A stretch of 32,000 nucleotides of DNA. It comes from Haloquadratum walsbyi C23. GTDB lineage: Archaea; Halobacteriota; Halobacteria; Halobacteriales; Haloferacaceae. Where the stretch lies: the NCBI RefSeq assembly GCF_000237865.1, contig NC_017459.1, positions 1,920,001 through 1,952,000 of the forward strand, written 5' to 3'. The notes beneath the pieces are model-generated. The model ran no database searches, was not told where the DNA came from, and saw only the letters and a program-made list of their open reading frames with translations. Positions 16,182-24,769 of the stretch are shown one piece after another (positions within the stretch are counted from its first letter, which is position 1; each line of letters begins with the position of its first letter). The translations under genes and the position numbers were made by a program.

Positions 16182-17225
16182 TTAGGATCCAAGCTCGATT
16201 CCAAGATTATTGAGTCGTTTAATTACGGGTTGGTAGTCATCGATTGAGGTGTCACGGAGTGTTGTGAATGGTAAATCAGCCTCATTGTAATCCTCTGGAT
16301 AATACTGTTGAATTAAGCTTTTATTTGAGTTAACAAGAAGATCGCCAACCTGTGTTTTATACTCTGAATCCCAGGTTTTTCGGGCATATACTGGCTGTTT
16401 TGGAATCGGGAATGACCACCAGAATGGTCGGAATTTTGGTGACTCAGTATCAAGCACATCCAGTGCTGAACTCTTATCAATGACGCGTTGTGGAAAGTCA
16501 GATTTGTATGATGATGAGATATGTGGCATTCCGTTTCCACCATACGTGGTTGCTGCATCCGCCTCACCAGCACCAAGTTTCTCGAGTGCAACTTCATGAT
16601 TCGACCATGAGCCGGTGAAATCAACCGGGTCACCATCTGGGGCATCACCAACGTCTAGACCAGCTTGTTTCAGCGCATATGTTGCAAAGATTGATCCGCT
16701 TGTCGAGAGACGATCAGCAAAAGCCGCTGTTTTGTCTTCTATATCTTCGCGTTGTGTGATATTTGAGTCTTCATTTGTCAGCATTACTGAGAAATAAAAC
16801 GCCGACCCACCCGTGACGGTTGTCCCATATACATCCATTAAGTCGGGATTCGAAATAAGTGTAACATCGTCCATTCCAATTTCGGCTTGTTCACTATTGA
16901 GCGCTGGGCGAACTGCTGAGTAGTCTTGTGGAACTTGCATCTCAACAGTAACTTCATCAAGTTCACCTTCAATCATCGCTCGCATTGGTTCATACCGTGT
17001 CCGAATATCCGAAGGTGTTCCTGGCGTCAGCACCATGGTGATTGTCGTACCACCACCGCTCGCAGACCCGCCGAGCGTTCCACTACCACTACACCCGGCA
17101 AGCCCAGCAAGGACAGCGCTGGCACCTGCGGCAATAAATCCACGACGCCCTGTTAGCATACCGCGAGACTGATTTGTGTGATTTCGCTCCGGATTTACAT
17201 TCTGATCTTTCTTCTTCATCATCAC
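16182..17225 (-). CDS. phnD: Phosphonate ABC transporter substrate-binding lipoprotein PhnD (Tat signal + lipobox)
   Basis: It has a twin-arginine motif and lipobox (GRRGFIAAGASAVLAGLAGCSG) and a PBP type-2 body with a PhnD-like TSGS block (DRLSTSGSIFATYAL). The start is uncertain between 17225 and ATG 17159. Confidence 0.85.
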   Translation of the reverse strand: MMMKKKDQNVNPERNHTNQSRGMLTGRRGFIAAGASAVLAGLAGCSGSGTLGGSASGGGTTITMVLTPGTPSDIRTRYEPMRAMIEGELDEVTVEMQVPQDYSAVRPALNSEQAEIGMDDVTLISNPDLMDVYGTTVTGGSAFYFSVMLTNEDSNITQREDIEDKTAAFADRLSTSGSIFATYALKQAGLDVGDAPDGDPVDFTGSWSNHEVALEKLGAGEADAATTYGGNGMPHISSSYKSDFPQRVIDKSSALDVLDTESPKFRPFWWSFPIPKQPVYARKTWDSEYKTQVGDLLVNSNKSLIQQYYPEDYNEADLPFTTLRDTSIDDYQPVIKRLNNLGIELGS

Positions 17226-17491
17226 CTGTGTTGAACTAAGTCGAGTGAATAATTATTGTCCTCATAGAGTATATAAGGTCAATAACGAATGGCAAGGAGA
17301 GTTCTTGGACCAATATATTTGATAAATAACCAATAATGGTCTATTCTGGTATAATTGGTTATATATAAGATGTCATTAATAAATAGGCGTCTGTACGAAA
17401 TATTATCGAAGGTAACTATAACCTCACTTGGAGTGACAACATAGAGAGTACTTAGCGCAGGCTTATCAGGTTATTACAGAACAGTGAGTTC
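17226..17491. promoter_or_regulatory. Divergent phnD / phnG promoter region with a 9-bp inverted repeat
   Basis: It is AT-rich. The inverted repeat is ATAACCAAT (17326-17334) and ATTGGTTAT (17354-17362), separated by 19 nt. Its right arm abuts the TATA-like ATATATAAG. A second TATA-like GTATATAAGG sits at about 17265-17275 on the phnD side. Confidence 0.45.
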
Positions 17492-17941
17492 ATGGAGTAC
17501 GATGATCGAAATGATCGGACTATTCGATTTGAGCAGATTGCGCATGCGGAGATAAAAACACTCACAACCCTCGCAAACAGGGTGCTTGCGACCAATCCCT
17601 CGTTATCGGTCTTACAGGAGCCACATCCACAATTAATCATGCAACAGGTGACAGACCCTGTTGAACACCAGCAATTCAATCTTGGTGAGATAGTGGTCAC
17701 GCCTGCTGAGGTTTCGATTAATGATGCACAGGGATTCGCAATGTACCCAGGTAAACAAGAGCGAGCAGCGCTTTCGGGAGCGATTATTGATGCTGCGGTT
17801 GCTGGAAATCATACGCATGCTGAAATAATCCAAAATAAACTCGATACTGTGGATGAACGTCGCAAGCAACAGCGGGACGAAACATGGAGTGAAAGTCAAC
17901 ATACTGCAGTCGAGTTTGAAACAATGGAGAATGAGTTATGA
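17492..17941 (+). CDS. phnG: C-P lyase core complex subunit PhnG
   Basis: It is the first gene of the coupled operon. At 149 aa it matches PhnG in size. Its position before phnH-I-J and a 4-nt ATGA overlap with the next gene support the call. Confidence 0.8.
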   Translation: MEYDDRNDRTIRFEQIAHAEIKTLTTLANRVLATNPSLSVLQEPHPQLIMQQVTDPVEHQQFNLGEIVVTPAEVSINDAQGFAMYPGKQERAALSGAIIDAAVAGNHTHAEIIQNKLDTVDERRKQQRDETWSESQHTAVEFETMENEL

Positions 17942-18612
17942 GAGCTCTTGGGATTGATCCCATTCATGATACTCAAAAAACATTCCGAACGCTATGTGCT
18001 GTATTATCCAATCCAGGAACAATTGAACAGCACAGTGTCACTCCCGTTGATCACGCTGTCGTTGTGACGCTCGTTGATCATGAACTCCAAGCACAGATAG
18101 ATGATGAAAAGCTTCAAAAAGAGCTTGACGCACAAGGGCGATATGAAGATGCGGATGTACGTGAAGCGGATATTATTCATACGCGGGGGGTACCATCATG
18201 GGATATTCGAGATATTCCACGTGGAACACTGCTTGAGCCAAGTGATGGTGCAACAGTAATATATCGAGTTGAGACGCTTACAACAATATCATCACATTCA
18301 GCCGTCGAGTCTGATAATATCCATCAGGATGCGGTTGGGGATGACACCTCAATTACAGTGGTCACAATTGACGGACCGGGAGTTCCAACAAAGACAGGCC
18401 GAACAGTAGCGATTGGGCTTCCTCCAGAAGAGTTGGATCGAATTGCGACTGCGCAGTCAACGTATCCACGGGGTGTCGACGTGATTATCACGACTGCTGA
18501 GTCTATGCTTGCGATTCCTCGGTCAGCAAGCATATCAAGAGTCACGATTGAGCATGCTCAGTCGACAGTAACCGACGGGTCAGTGCGTGAACGCGAATCG
18601 GAGGCACGCTAA
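17938..18612 (+). CDS. phnH: C-P lyase core complex subunit PhnH
   Basis: The N-terminus (DPIHDTQKTFRTLCAVLSNPG) matches the PhnH pattern. It sits between phnG and phnI, and its stop overlaps the phnI start (TAATG). Confidence 0.8.
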   Translation: MRALGIDPIHDTQKTFRTLCAVLSNPGTIEQHSVTPVDHAVVVTLVDHELQAQIDDEKLQKELDAQGRYEDADVREADIIHTRGVPSWDIRDIPRGTLLEPSDGATVIYRVETLTTISSHSAVESDNIHQDAVGDDTSITVVTIDGPGVPTKTGRTVAIGLPPEELDRIATAQSTYPRGVDVIITTAESMLAIPRSASISRVTIEHAQSTVTDGSVRERESEAR

Positions 18613-19763
18613 TGGGATATGTTGCTGTCAAAGCTGGTGAGGAGCTTATCGAACGTGCGGCTGACCTCTTTGAGAAACAGCGTCTCAATGGCGACACCGA
18701 GCCAGTAAGCGTTGACCAACTTGAGGAACAACTTGGTCGTACAGTCGCACAAGTGATGAGTGAAGGAGGTCTTTATGCCCCTCGCCTCGCTGCGCTTGCG
18801 GTCAAACAAGCACAGGGGGATACAGTTGAGGCCGCTTTCCTCCTACGTGCGTACCGTTCAACGCTTGAGCGGTGGGATGAGACTGTTCCAGTTGATCCAA
18901 ATGAGATGTTTGCAACACGACGAGTCTCGCCTGCATACAAAGACGTTCCAGGTGGACAAATTCTTGGTCCGACAAAGGACTATACTCAGCGGTTACTTGA
19001 CTTCGCACTTACCAACGAGGGAAAAACCCAATCCGGCGGGACAAAGGAGCCAATGGATCCAACAGCCGAGTGGGATGTGACGACTGAGGAAGCGCCTGAA
19101 TCGCTCGCAAATGTGATGTCTGTGCTTCGGTCAGAAGGGCTCGTTCATGAGCCAGATTCACCTGAGATAACTGATCCAACAGACACGACACGTGAGTCGC
19201 TTACTCATCCGGCAGATCGCGATGCTATCTTACAGGAGTTAGCTCGTGGCGAAACAGGGGCAATGACTGCACTTGGATACTCTGCACTTCGCGGCTATGG
19301 GCAGGTGCATCCAACGCTTGCTGAAGTACGGATTGGGCGGCTACCGGTCATGATTGAGCATCCATATACTGAGGAGACTGCAACAATCACTGATATTGAG
19401 GTGAGCGAAAGCGAAGCAATCGTCCCTATCTACGCCAAGCGGGATGACCCACAGTTTGCATTTGGGTATGGGCTCACCTTTGGACGGAATGAGCGAAAGA
19501 CGATTGCAATGACAATACTTGATGCATCGATCCAACTTGATAGTGACGCTGAGCCTGCAGAAGATCCAGAATTTGTTTTAGATATTATCGACGGAATGGA
19601 CTCATTTGGATTTATTGAGCATCTTAAATTGCCACATTATGTAACATTTCAGTCAATTCTTGATCGAATCAGAGGGATTCGACAACGAACAGCAGATAGT
19701 GACAGCACTCATGCAACACAATCTGACGGGACGACAACAACGGAGGTTGAGTGTGATGAGTGA
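18612..19763 (+). CDS. phnI: C-P lyase subunit PhnI (ribose 1-methylphosphonate 5-triphosphate synthase component)
   Basis: It has the PhnI N-terminus MGYVAVKAGEELIERA, plus the blocks LAVKQAQGD..EAAFLLRAYRSTL and SALRGYGQVHPTLAE. Confidence 0.9.
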   Translation: MGYVAVKAGEELIERAADLFEKQRLNGDTEPVSVDQLEEQLGRTVAQVMSEGGLYAPRLAALAVKQAQGDTVEAAFLLRAYRSTLERWDETVPVDPNEMFATRRVSPAYKDVPGGQILGPTKDYTQRLLDFALTNEGKTQSGGTKEPMDPTAEWDVTTEEAPESLANVMSVLRSEGLVHEPDSPEITDPTDTTRESLTHPADRDAILQELARGETGAMTALGYSALRGYGQVHPTLAEVRIGRLPVMIEHPYTEETATITDIEVSESEAIVPIYAKRDDPQFAFGYGLTFGRNERKTIAMTILDASIQLDSDAEPAEDPEFVLDIIDGMDSFGFIEHLKLPHYVTFQSILDRIRGIRQRTADSDSTHATQSDGTTTTEVECDE

Positions 19764-20874
19764 AATAAATGCAGAAACAGACGCAGAAGTCAAAGAGGGT
19801 AATCAAGATGATAATGTCACAACTCAATCAAGAGATTATGCCGATCAGCACGCACATGATCAGCCCAAAGATGAAATGACCGAACCCAAGGGAAGTGCTG
19901 TTGAAACCGTTGATTCACTCCTCGGTGAGTTTGATGATGATGATAGCTTGTCAGGATACAACTATGCGTATCTTGATGAGCACACAAAGCGTGAAGTGCG
20001 GCGATCAATTATCAAGGCTATCTCAATTCCGGGACATCAAGTTCCATACGCTTCTCGACCGATGCCGCTAGCCCGTGGATGGGGAACTGGTGGTATTCAG
20101 GCGTCACTCTCACTGCTTGGACCTGATGATACATTCAAAGTGATTGATCAAGGGTCCGATGAATCGGTCAATGCAGCAAATATTAGACGGCTGGCATCAA
20201 ACACTGCTGATGTCGAAACAACGACTGATACGACAAACGCAGATATAATTCAAACTCGACATCGGATTCCTGAGGAAGTTCTCACCGATGAGCAAATTCT
20301 TGTATTGCAGGTTCCCGTCACTGACCCACTTCGGAAAGTTGACGGCTCCGATGCTGCGAATCGTCGACGGCATGCGCATCGTAATTACGGGAAAATGTGG
20401 GTACACCTCTATGAGAACGTCGTTGAGTGGGGTGAGATCAATATCGCCGCTCGATACCCAACAATGGTTGCTGGACGGTATTTGATGGATCCCTCTCCAA
20501 TCCCCCGCTGGGATGTGCCGAAACTTGATCATGCGGATTCATTGTTCATTTTCGCTGCTGGACGAGAAGCACGTATCTATGCTGTGCCACCACACACATC
20601 GGTCGAACCACTTGCATTTGAAGACCGCACATTTCAGGTTGAGCGCTTCCCCGACGTCAGTTGTCATGCATGTGGGTCGACCGATACGTATCTCACTGAG
20701 ATTGAAACAGATGATGGATCGGTCTACTACAGTTGTAACGATGCGTCCTTTTGTCACAAACGACAACAAAAACCCGAATTAGATCGTGATCATCATCTTG
20801 AGCAATCGATTGACGGGTGGGGTCCTGGGGTAAGTGATCCCGATTCTGGAGACACTGCAGGTGATACCGAATGA
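19756..20874 (+). CDS. phnJ: C-P lyase catalytic radical-SAM subunit PhnJ
   Basis: The sequence LSGYNYAYLDEHTKREVRRSIIKAISIPGHQVPY...GWGTGGIQ...IQTRHRIPE...GRYLMDPSPIPRWD...GREARIYAVPP is collinear with E. coli PhnJ as I remember it. The C-terminal Cys pattern is CHAC...C-x5-C. I chose ATG 19756, which overlaps the phnI stop by 8 nt, over the track start at 19660. Confidence 0.9.
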   Translation: MSEINAETDAEVKEGNQDDNVTTQSRDYADQHAHDQPKDEMTEPKGSAVETVDSLLGEFDDDDSLSGYNYAYLDEHTKREVRRSIIKAISIPGHQVPYASRPMPLARGWGTGGIQASLSLLGPDDTFKVIDQGSDESVNAANIRRLASNTADVETTTDTTNADIIQTRHRIPEEVLTDEQILVLQVPVTDPLRKVDGSDAANRRRHAHRNYGKMWVHLYENVVEWGEINIAARYPTMVAGRYLMDPSPIPRWDVPKLDHADSLFIFAAGREARIYAVPPHTSVEPLAFEDRTFQVERFPDVSCHACGSTDTYLTEIETDDGSVYYSCNDASFCHKRQQKPELDRDHHLEQSIDGWGPGVSDPDSGDTAGDTE

Positions 20875-21707
20875 GTATGAGATTACTCGAGGTATCAGAT
20901 ATAAAAAAGCAGTATGGCTCTGGATGCTCAGCGTGTATCGAACGCACTGGTGATGATGCTGGGACGAATCACTGTCCTGTTTGTGACACTGTCATTGCAT
21001 GTGCAAACATTAATTTGACAGTCGACGCTGGTGAGGTGCTCGGGATTGTTGGAGAATCTGGATCTGGAAAGTCAAGTCTTGCAGAACTCATTGCACTTGA
21101 GAAAGATGATGAGGGAGAAGTAGCTGGTGACATTTCATATACAGAATATGATGGCAATCTCTTAGCTGTTGATTATCAAACACGACATGAACTGAAAAAC
21201 ACCCATCTGAGTCTCGTACATCAACATATTCGGGATGGACTCGAGTTAGAGTTTTCTGGCGGCGGTAATGTTGCAGAAAAACTGCTTTCTGCTGGATGGC
21301 GGCGATATGATGATGTCCGTGAACGGGTCCGGAACTTGTTTGACGCAACTGAGATTCCTGTTGACCGGATGGACGACCCAACCCACACATACTCTGGCGG
21401 TATGCAACGGCGTGTTCAGATTGCGCGTGCACTCGCCAATGAGCCTGATATCATCATTCTTGACGAACCAACAGCAGGGCTTGACGTAAGCGTTCAGGCT
21501 CGTGTCCTCGATATGTTTCGACGGATTCAGCAAGCAAACAATGTTGCTGCAATCGTCGTTTCACACGATCTGAGTGTCATCCGGTTGTTGGCTGACCGAA
21601 CGGCGGTGATGCGACATGGACGGATTATCGAGTCGGGATTGACGGACCGTATCATGGAAGATCCACATCACGAGTACACACAGACACTCATTAATTCAGT
21701 AATTTAA
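20871..21707 (+). CDS. phnK: C-P lyase system ATP-binding protein PhnK
   Basis: It has Walker A GESGSGKSS, the signature YSGGMQRRVQIARAL and Walker B IIILDEPTAGLDVSVQA, with a PhnK-type C-terminus DPHHEYTQTLINSV. It overlaps phnJ by ATGA. Confidence 0.9.
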   Translation: MSMRLLEVSDIKKQYGSGCSACIERTGDDAGTNHCPVCDTVIACANINLTVDAGEVLGIVGESGSGKSSLAELIALEKDDEGEVAGDISYTEYDGNLLAVDYQTRHELKNTHLSLVHQHIRDGLELEFSGGGNVAEKLLSAGWRRYDDVRERVRNLFDATEIPVDRMDDPTHTYSGGMQRRVQIARALANEPDIIILDEPTAGLDVSVQARVLDMFRRIQQANNVAAIVVSHDLSVIRLLADRTAVMRHGRIIESGLTDRIMEDPHHEYTQTLINSVI

Positions 21708-21710
21708 CAG

Positions 21711-22655
21711 ATGACATCACAAGCAAATACAGACGATCGCACAAAGACTAAGACACAATCGATATCTCGAACAGAGCTATGTCGACCAGTCCTCACGGTC
21801 AAGCAATTATCAAAAACATTTGCACTCCACACGGTTGATGAAACGGAGGTTGTTGGACTTGATGAGGTCTCATTTCAGGTTACTGCCGGTGAGTTTCTTG
21901 GTGTTGTTGGTGAGTCGGGGTCAGGAAAGTCTTCATTATTAAAATGTATTTATCGAACATATCAAGCGACTGATGGGGATATTCTGTATCATCAGCGTGT
22001 GCAAAATCCGGGGGATGAATCGAGTGATGAAATAACGACTGAGATTAATCTTGTCTCCTGTTCAGACCGAGAAATCATTCGCCTGCGAAAAAACGCAATC
22101 GGATATACATCACAATTTCTTGATGAGATCCCACGAGTTCCTGCAGTTGATGTCGTCGCGCGACCGCTGTGCGAGCAGGGATTTGCAGATAAGAAGGCTC
22201 GTGAACGTGCAAAATCGTTATTATCGCAACTTCGACTTCCCAAGTCATTATGGGAGGCATACCCAGCGACGTTCAGTGGAGGTGAGCGACAACGGGTCAA
22301 TCTCGCACAGGCAATCGCACCAAAGCCTAATCTTCTCTTGCTTGATGAACCGACAAGTGCACTCGATCCAGAAACACGTCGTGCTGCGGTTGAACTGCTA
22401 GAAACGTATTTAGATGATGATACGACGGTTATCGGTGTGTTTCATAATGCGGATGTTGTCTCGGCTGTCGCCGACCGGATTGCCGTTCTTGATGAGGCAC
22501 AACTCAAGCGAATTGAACCCGCTGAGACATACTCAGCGACACACTCGCGCACCGACTCAGTTGCTGTCGACCAGGAGAAAAAAACAAATAACGACTACAC
22601 TGCAGATACTGCGGGCGATTCAGAGACGGACACTAACGGTGGAGACCCTCAATGA
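21711..22655 (+). CDS. phnL: C-P lyase system ATP-binding protein PhnL
   Basis: It has Walker A GESGSGKSS, the signature FSGGERQRVNLAQAI and Walker B LLLLDEPTSALD. It is the second ABC-type ATPase directly after phnK, and carries N- and C-terminal low-complexity extensions. Confidence 0.85.
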   Translation: MTSQANTDDRTKTKTQSISRTELCRPVLTVKQLSKTFALHTVDETEVVGLDEVSFQVTAGEFLGVVGESGSGKSSLLKCIYRTYQATDGDILYHQRVQNPGDESSDEITTEINLVSCSDREIIRLRKNAIGYTSQFLDEIPRVPAVDVVARPLCEQGFADKKARERAKSLLSQLRLPKSLWEAYPATFSGGERQRVNLAQAIAPKPNLLLLDEPTSALDPETRRAAVELLETYLDDDTTVIGVFHNADVVSAVADRIAVLDEAQLKRIEPAETYSATHSRTDSVAVDQEKKTNNDYTADTAGDSETDTNGGDPQ

Positions 22656-23911
22656 GTGATAATCAAACACAAAATGCGCACACCCACGATGGAGATAACG
22701 ATACTCGTGACACAACGAAATCAACACATGCCCAAAAGAAATCTCATGACGACACCCGTATCATGAGTGTTGTTATTGAAAATGGGCAGGTTGTCACGCC
22801 ATCGACCGTAATTAACGGTAGTATTCATATTGAGGGAGATCGAATTAAATCAGTCGGGGAGAATATCAAAAATGAGACACTATCCGCTGCGGACCGGCGC
22901 ATCGACGCCGCAGGGCAGTATCTCGTTCCAGGTCTTATCGATCTTCATGGTGATGATATTGAATCACATCTGTACCCACGAGCAGGCGCGCGAATTGAGA
23001 CACAGATGGCGTTGGCGAGTGCAGACCGCGCGAATGTCGCTGCTGGAATCACAACCAAATTTCATGCAATCTCGTTTGAGGTTGATCCCGAAGCAAATCG
23101 TTCACCTGAACTTGGCGCTGAACTCACCACGGCGGTTGAGCAAACTGATGGACTCATTGCTGACCACCGCATTCATGCTCGGTGTGAAGTGACACAGAAA
23201 CGCTGTGTTGAGGCGATTGAGACGCTTCTTGACGCTGACGACGCAGGATTGGTTTCGGTCATGAGTCATATTCCTGGTAAAGGGCAGTTTCGCGATACAG
23301 ATGCATTCATAGAGTATTATCGAAATTCGCAGAATCATACTGTCGCAGAGGCAGAAGAGATGATTGATGAGCGTGGCAGTCTTGAATTGGAGACAATTCG
23401 TGAACGAGTCCGTCGGATTGTTAACTGCGCACGCGATGCAGATATTCCAGTAGCATCACACGATGATGAGGATCCAACGGAGGTGGCGCAATTGCATGAT
23501 ATTGGTGTCAATATTAGTGAATATCCAATCAACATTGAGACGGCAAAGCGTGCTCATGCCACTGGGATGACTGTCACGATGGGAGCACCCAATCTCATTC
23601 GTGGGGAAAGCCAGTGGGGGAATCTCCGGACAGCGGACGCAATTGAGGCGGATGTGGTCGATGCGCTTGTCACAGACTATCATCCAATGTCGCTACTCGC
23701 AGCGGTATTCATCGATACGGGTGAGCCATTGCCAACGCGCGTTGCACGCGTCAGTAAGAATCCTGCTGATGCTATTGGGCTGACTGATCGTGGGCGCATC
23801 GAAGCTGGTGCACGTGCTGACATTGCAATGGTCGATCCCAATCCAACCCCAACAGTTACTCGTGCATTTGTCGCAGGGGCTCCTGTGTACCGTGCGGAGG
23901 GAGCAAAATGA
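22652..23911 (+). CDS. phnM: PhnM, amidohydrolase-family ribose 1-methylphosphonate 5-triphosphate diphosphatase
   Basis: It has amidohydrolase motifs (VPGLIDLHGDDIE; VASHDDED; DYHP), sits after phnL, and overlaps it by ATGA. The first 37 residues are a polar extension, so ATG 22763 is an alternative start. Confidence 0.9.
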   Translation: MSDNQTQNAHTHDGDNDTRDTTKSTHAQKKSHDDTRIMSVVIENGQVVTPSTVINGSIHIEGDRIKSVGENIKNETLSAADRRIDAAGQYLVPGLIDLHGDDIESHLYPRAGARIETQMALASADRANVAAGITTKFHAISFEVDPEANRSPELGAELTTAVEQTDGLIADHRIHARCEVTQKRCVEAIETLLDADDAGLVSVMSHIPGKGQFRDTDAFIEYYRNSQNHTVAEAEEMIDERGSLELETIRERVRRIVNCARDADIPVASHDDEDPTEVAQLHDIGVNISEYPINIETAKRAHATGMTVTMGAPNLIRGESQWGNLRTADAIEADVVDALVTDYHPMSLLAAVFIDTGEPLPTRVARVSKNPADAIGLTDRGRIEAGARADIAMVDPNPTPTVTRAFVAGAPVYRAEGAK

Positions 23912-24711
23912 GTACACAACAACCACAACTCGGTGCTGCGATGGATGTTCGATTTGGTATCTCAGTCGAATCATTTCTTGAATATATTACCGATCTGGGA
24001 CTCTCACATCTTGAACTCAAACGCGAGTATCTTGAAGGATTTCCAGACACACCAACGCCGGCAACACTTGGCGCGCTCACAGATAGATATGATGTCTCAC
24101 TTACCTATCACGCACCGTTTCGAGACTGGAACATGGGGAGTTTTAATGATGCTATTCGTCGAAATAGTGTTGCACAAGTGAAACAAACACTTGATGACGC
24201 TGCTGCGGCAGAGGCTGGTGGTGTTGTTGTTCACGCTGGGTCAGTCCCTCGTCGCTATCCTGAGTGGGTGCGAGAAAAAGCACATAATAATGCATGCAAG
24301 TCACTTCGAGAGTGCGCAGTCTACGCCGACCGTGTTGGTGTTCCACTCTGTGTTGAGAACCAACCAATAAGTGACCGTGATATTAGACATACAACAACAG
24401 TTGCTGATCTTGCATCAGCAGTATCTATTGACGGGACTGATGCATCACTTGATGTGACATTTGATATTGGACATGCGAATGTGAACGGGCATGAGTATCA
24501 AGAATTCGTTGAGAAATTTGGTGATCAAATCCGAGTCTGTCATCTGCATGATAATGATGGGACGAGCGACCAACATGAACCCCTCAGCGATTATGATAAA
24601 TTCGTGACAGCGATTCCAGCAGATTACTTTGTCTTCGAAATGACATCAGTCGCAGATATTGGAGTCTCGGTCGGCAGACCTGATGTTACTGTCCCTGAAT
24701 GTGAGTTGTAG
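23908..24711 (+). CDS. Xylose-isomerase-like TIM-barrel protein (sugar phosphate isomerase/epimerase, AP endonuclease 2 superfamily), last gene of the phnG-M operon
   Basis: The blocks LELKREY, TYHAPF, VVVHAGS, LCVENQP, FDIGHANVNG and CHLHDNDGTSDQHEPL are typical of the family. The start overlaps the phnM stop (ATGA). Confidence 0.8.
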   Translation: MSTQQPQLGAAMDVRFGISVESFLEYITDLGLSHLELKREYLEGFPDTPTPATLGALTDRYDVSLTYHAPFRDWNMGSFNDAIRRNSVAQVKQTLDDAAAAEAGGVVVHAGSVPRRYPEWVREKAHNNACKSLRECAVYADRVGVPLCVENQPISDRDIRHTTTVADLASAVSIDGTDASLDVTFDIGHANVNGHEYQEFVEKFGDQIRVCHLHDNDGTSDQHEPLSDYDKFVTAIPADYFVFEMTSVADIGVSVGRPDVTVPECEL

Positions 24712-24769
24712 CACATCACAATAGATAATTGGGGAATATTCAATTTTATTTATACTTTCTCATCCGATG

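Noticed and set aside
19660-19755. Track start of phnJ at 19660 (TTG/ATG-type start giving MIESEGFDNEQQ...).
   Set aside because: This stretch lies inside the phnI reading frame and encodes a non-acidic peptide. ATG 19756 gives the 8-nt overlap typical of the coupled genes in this operon.
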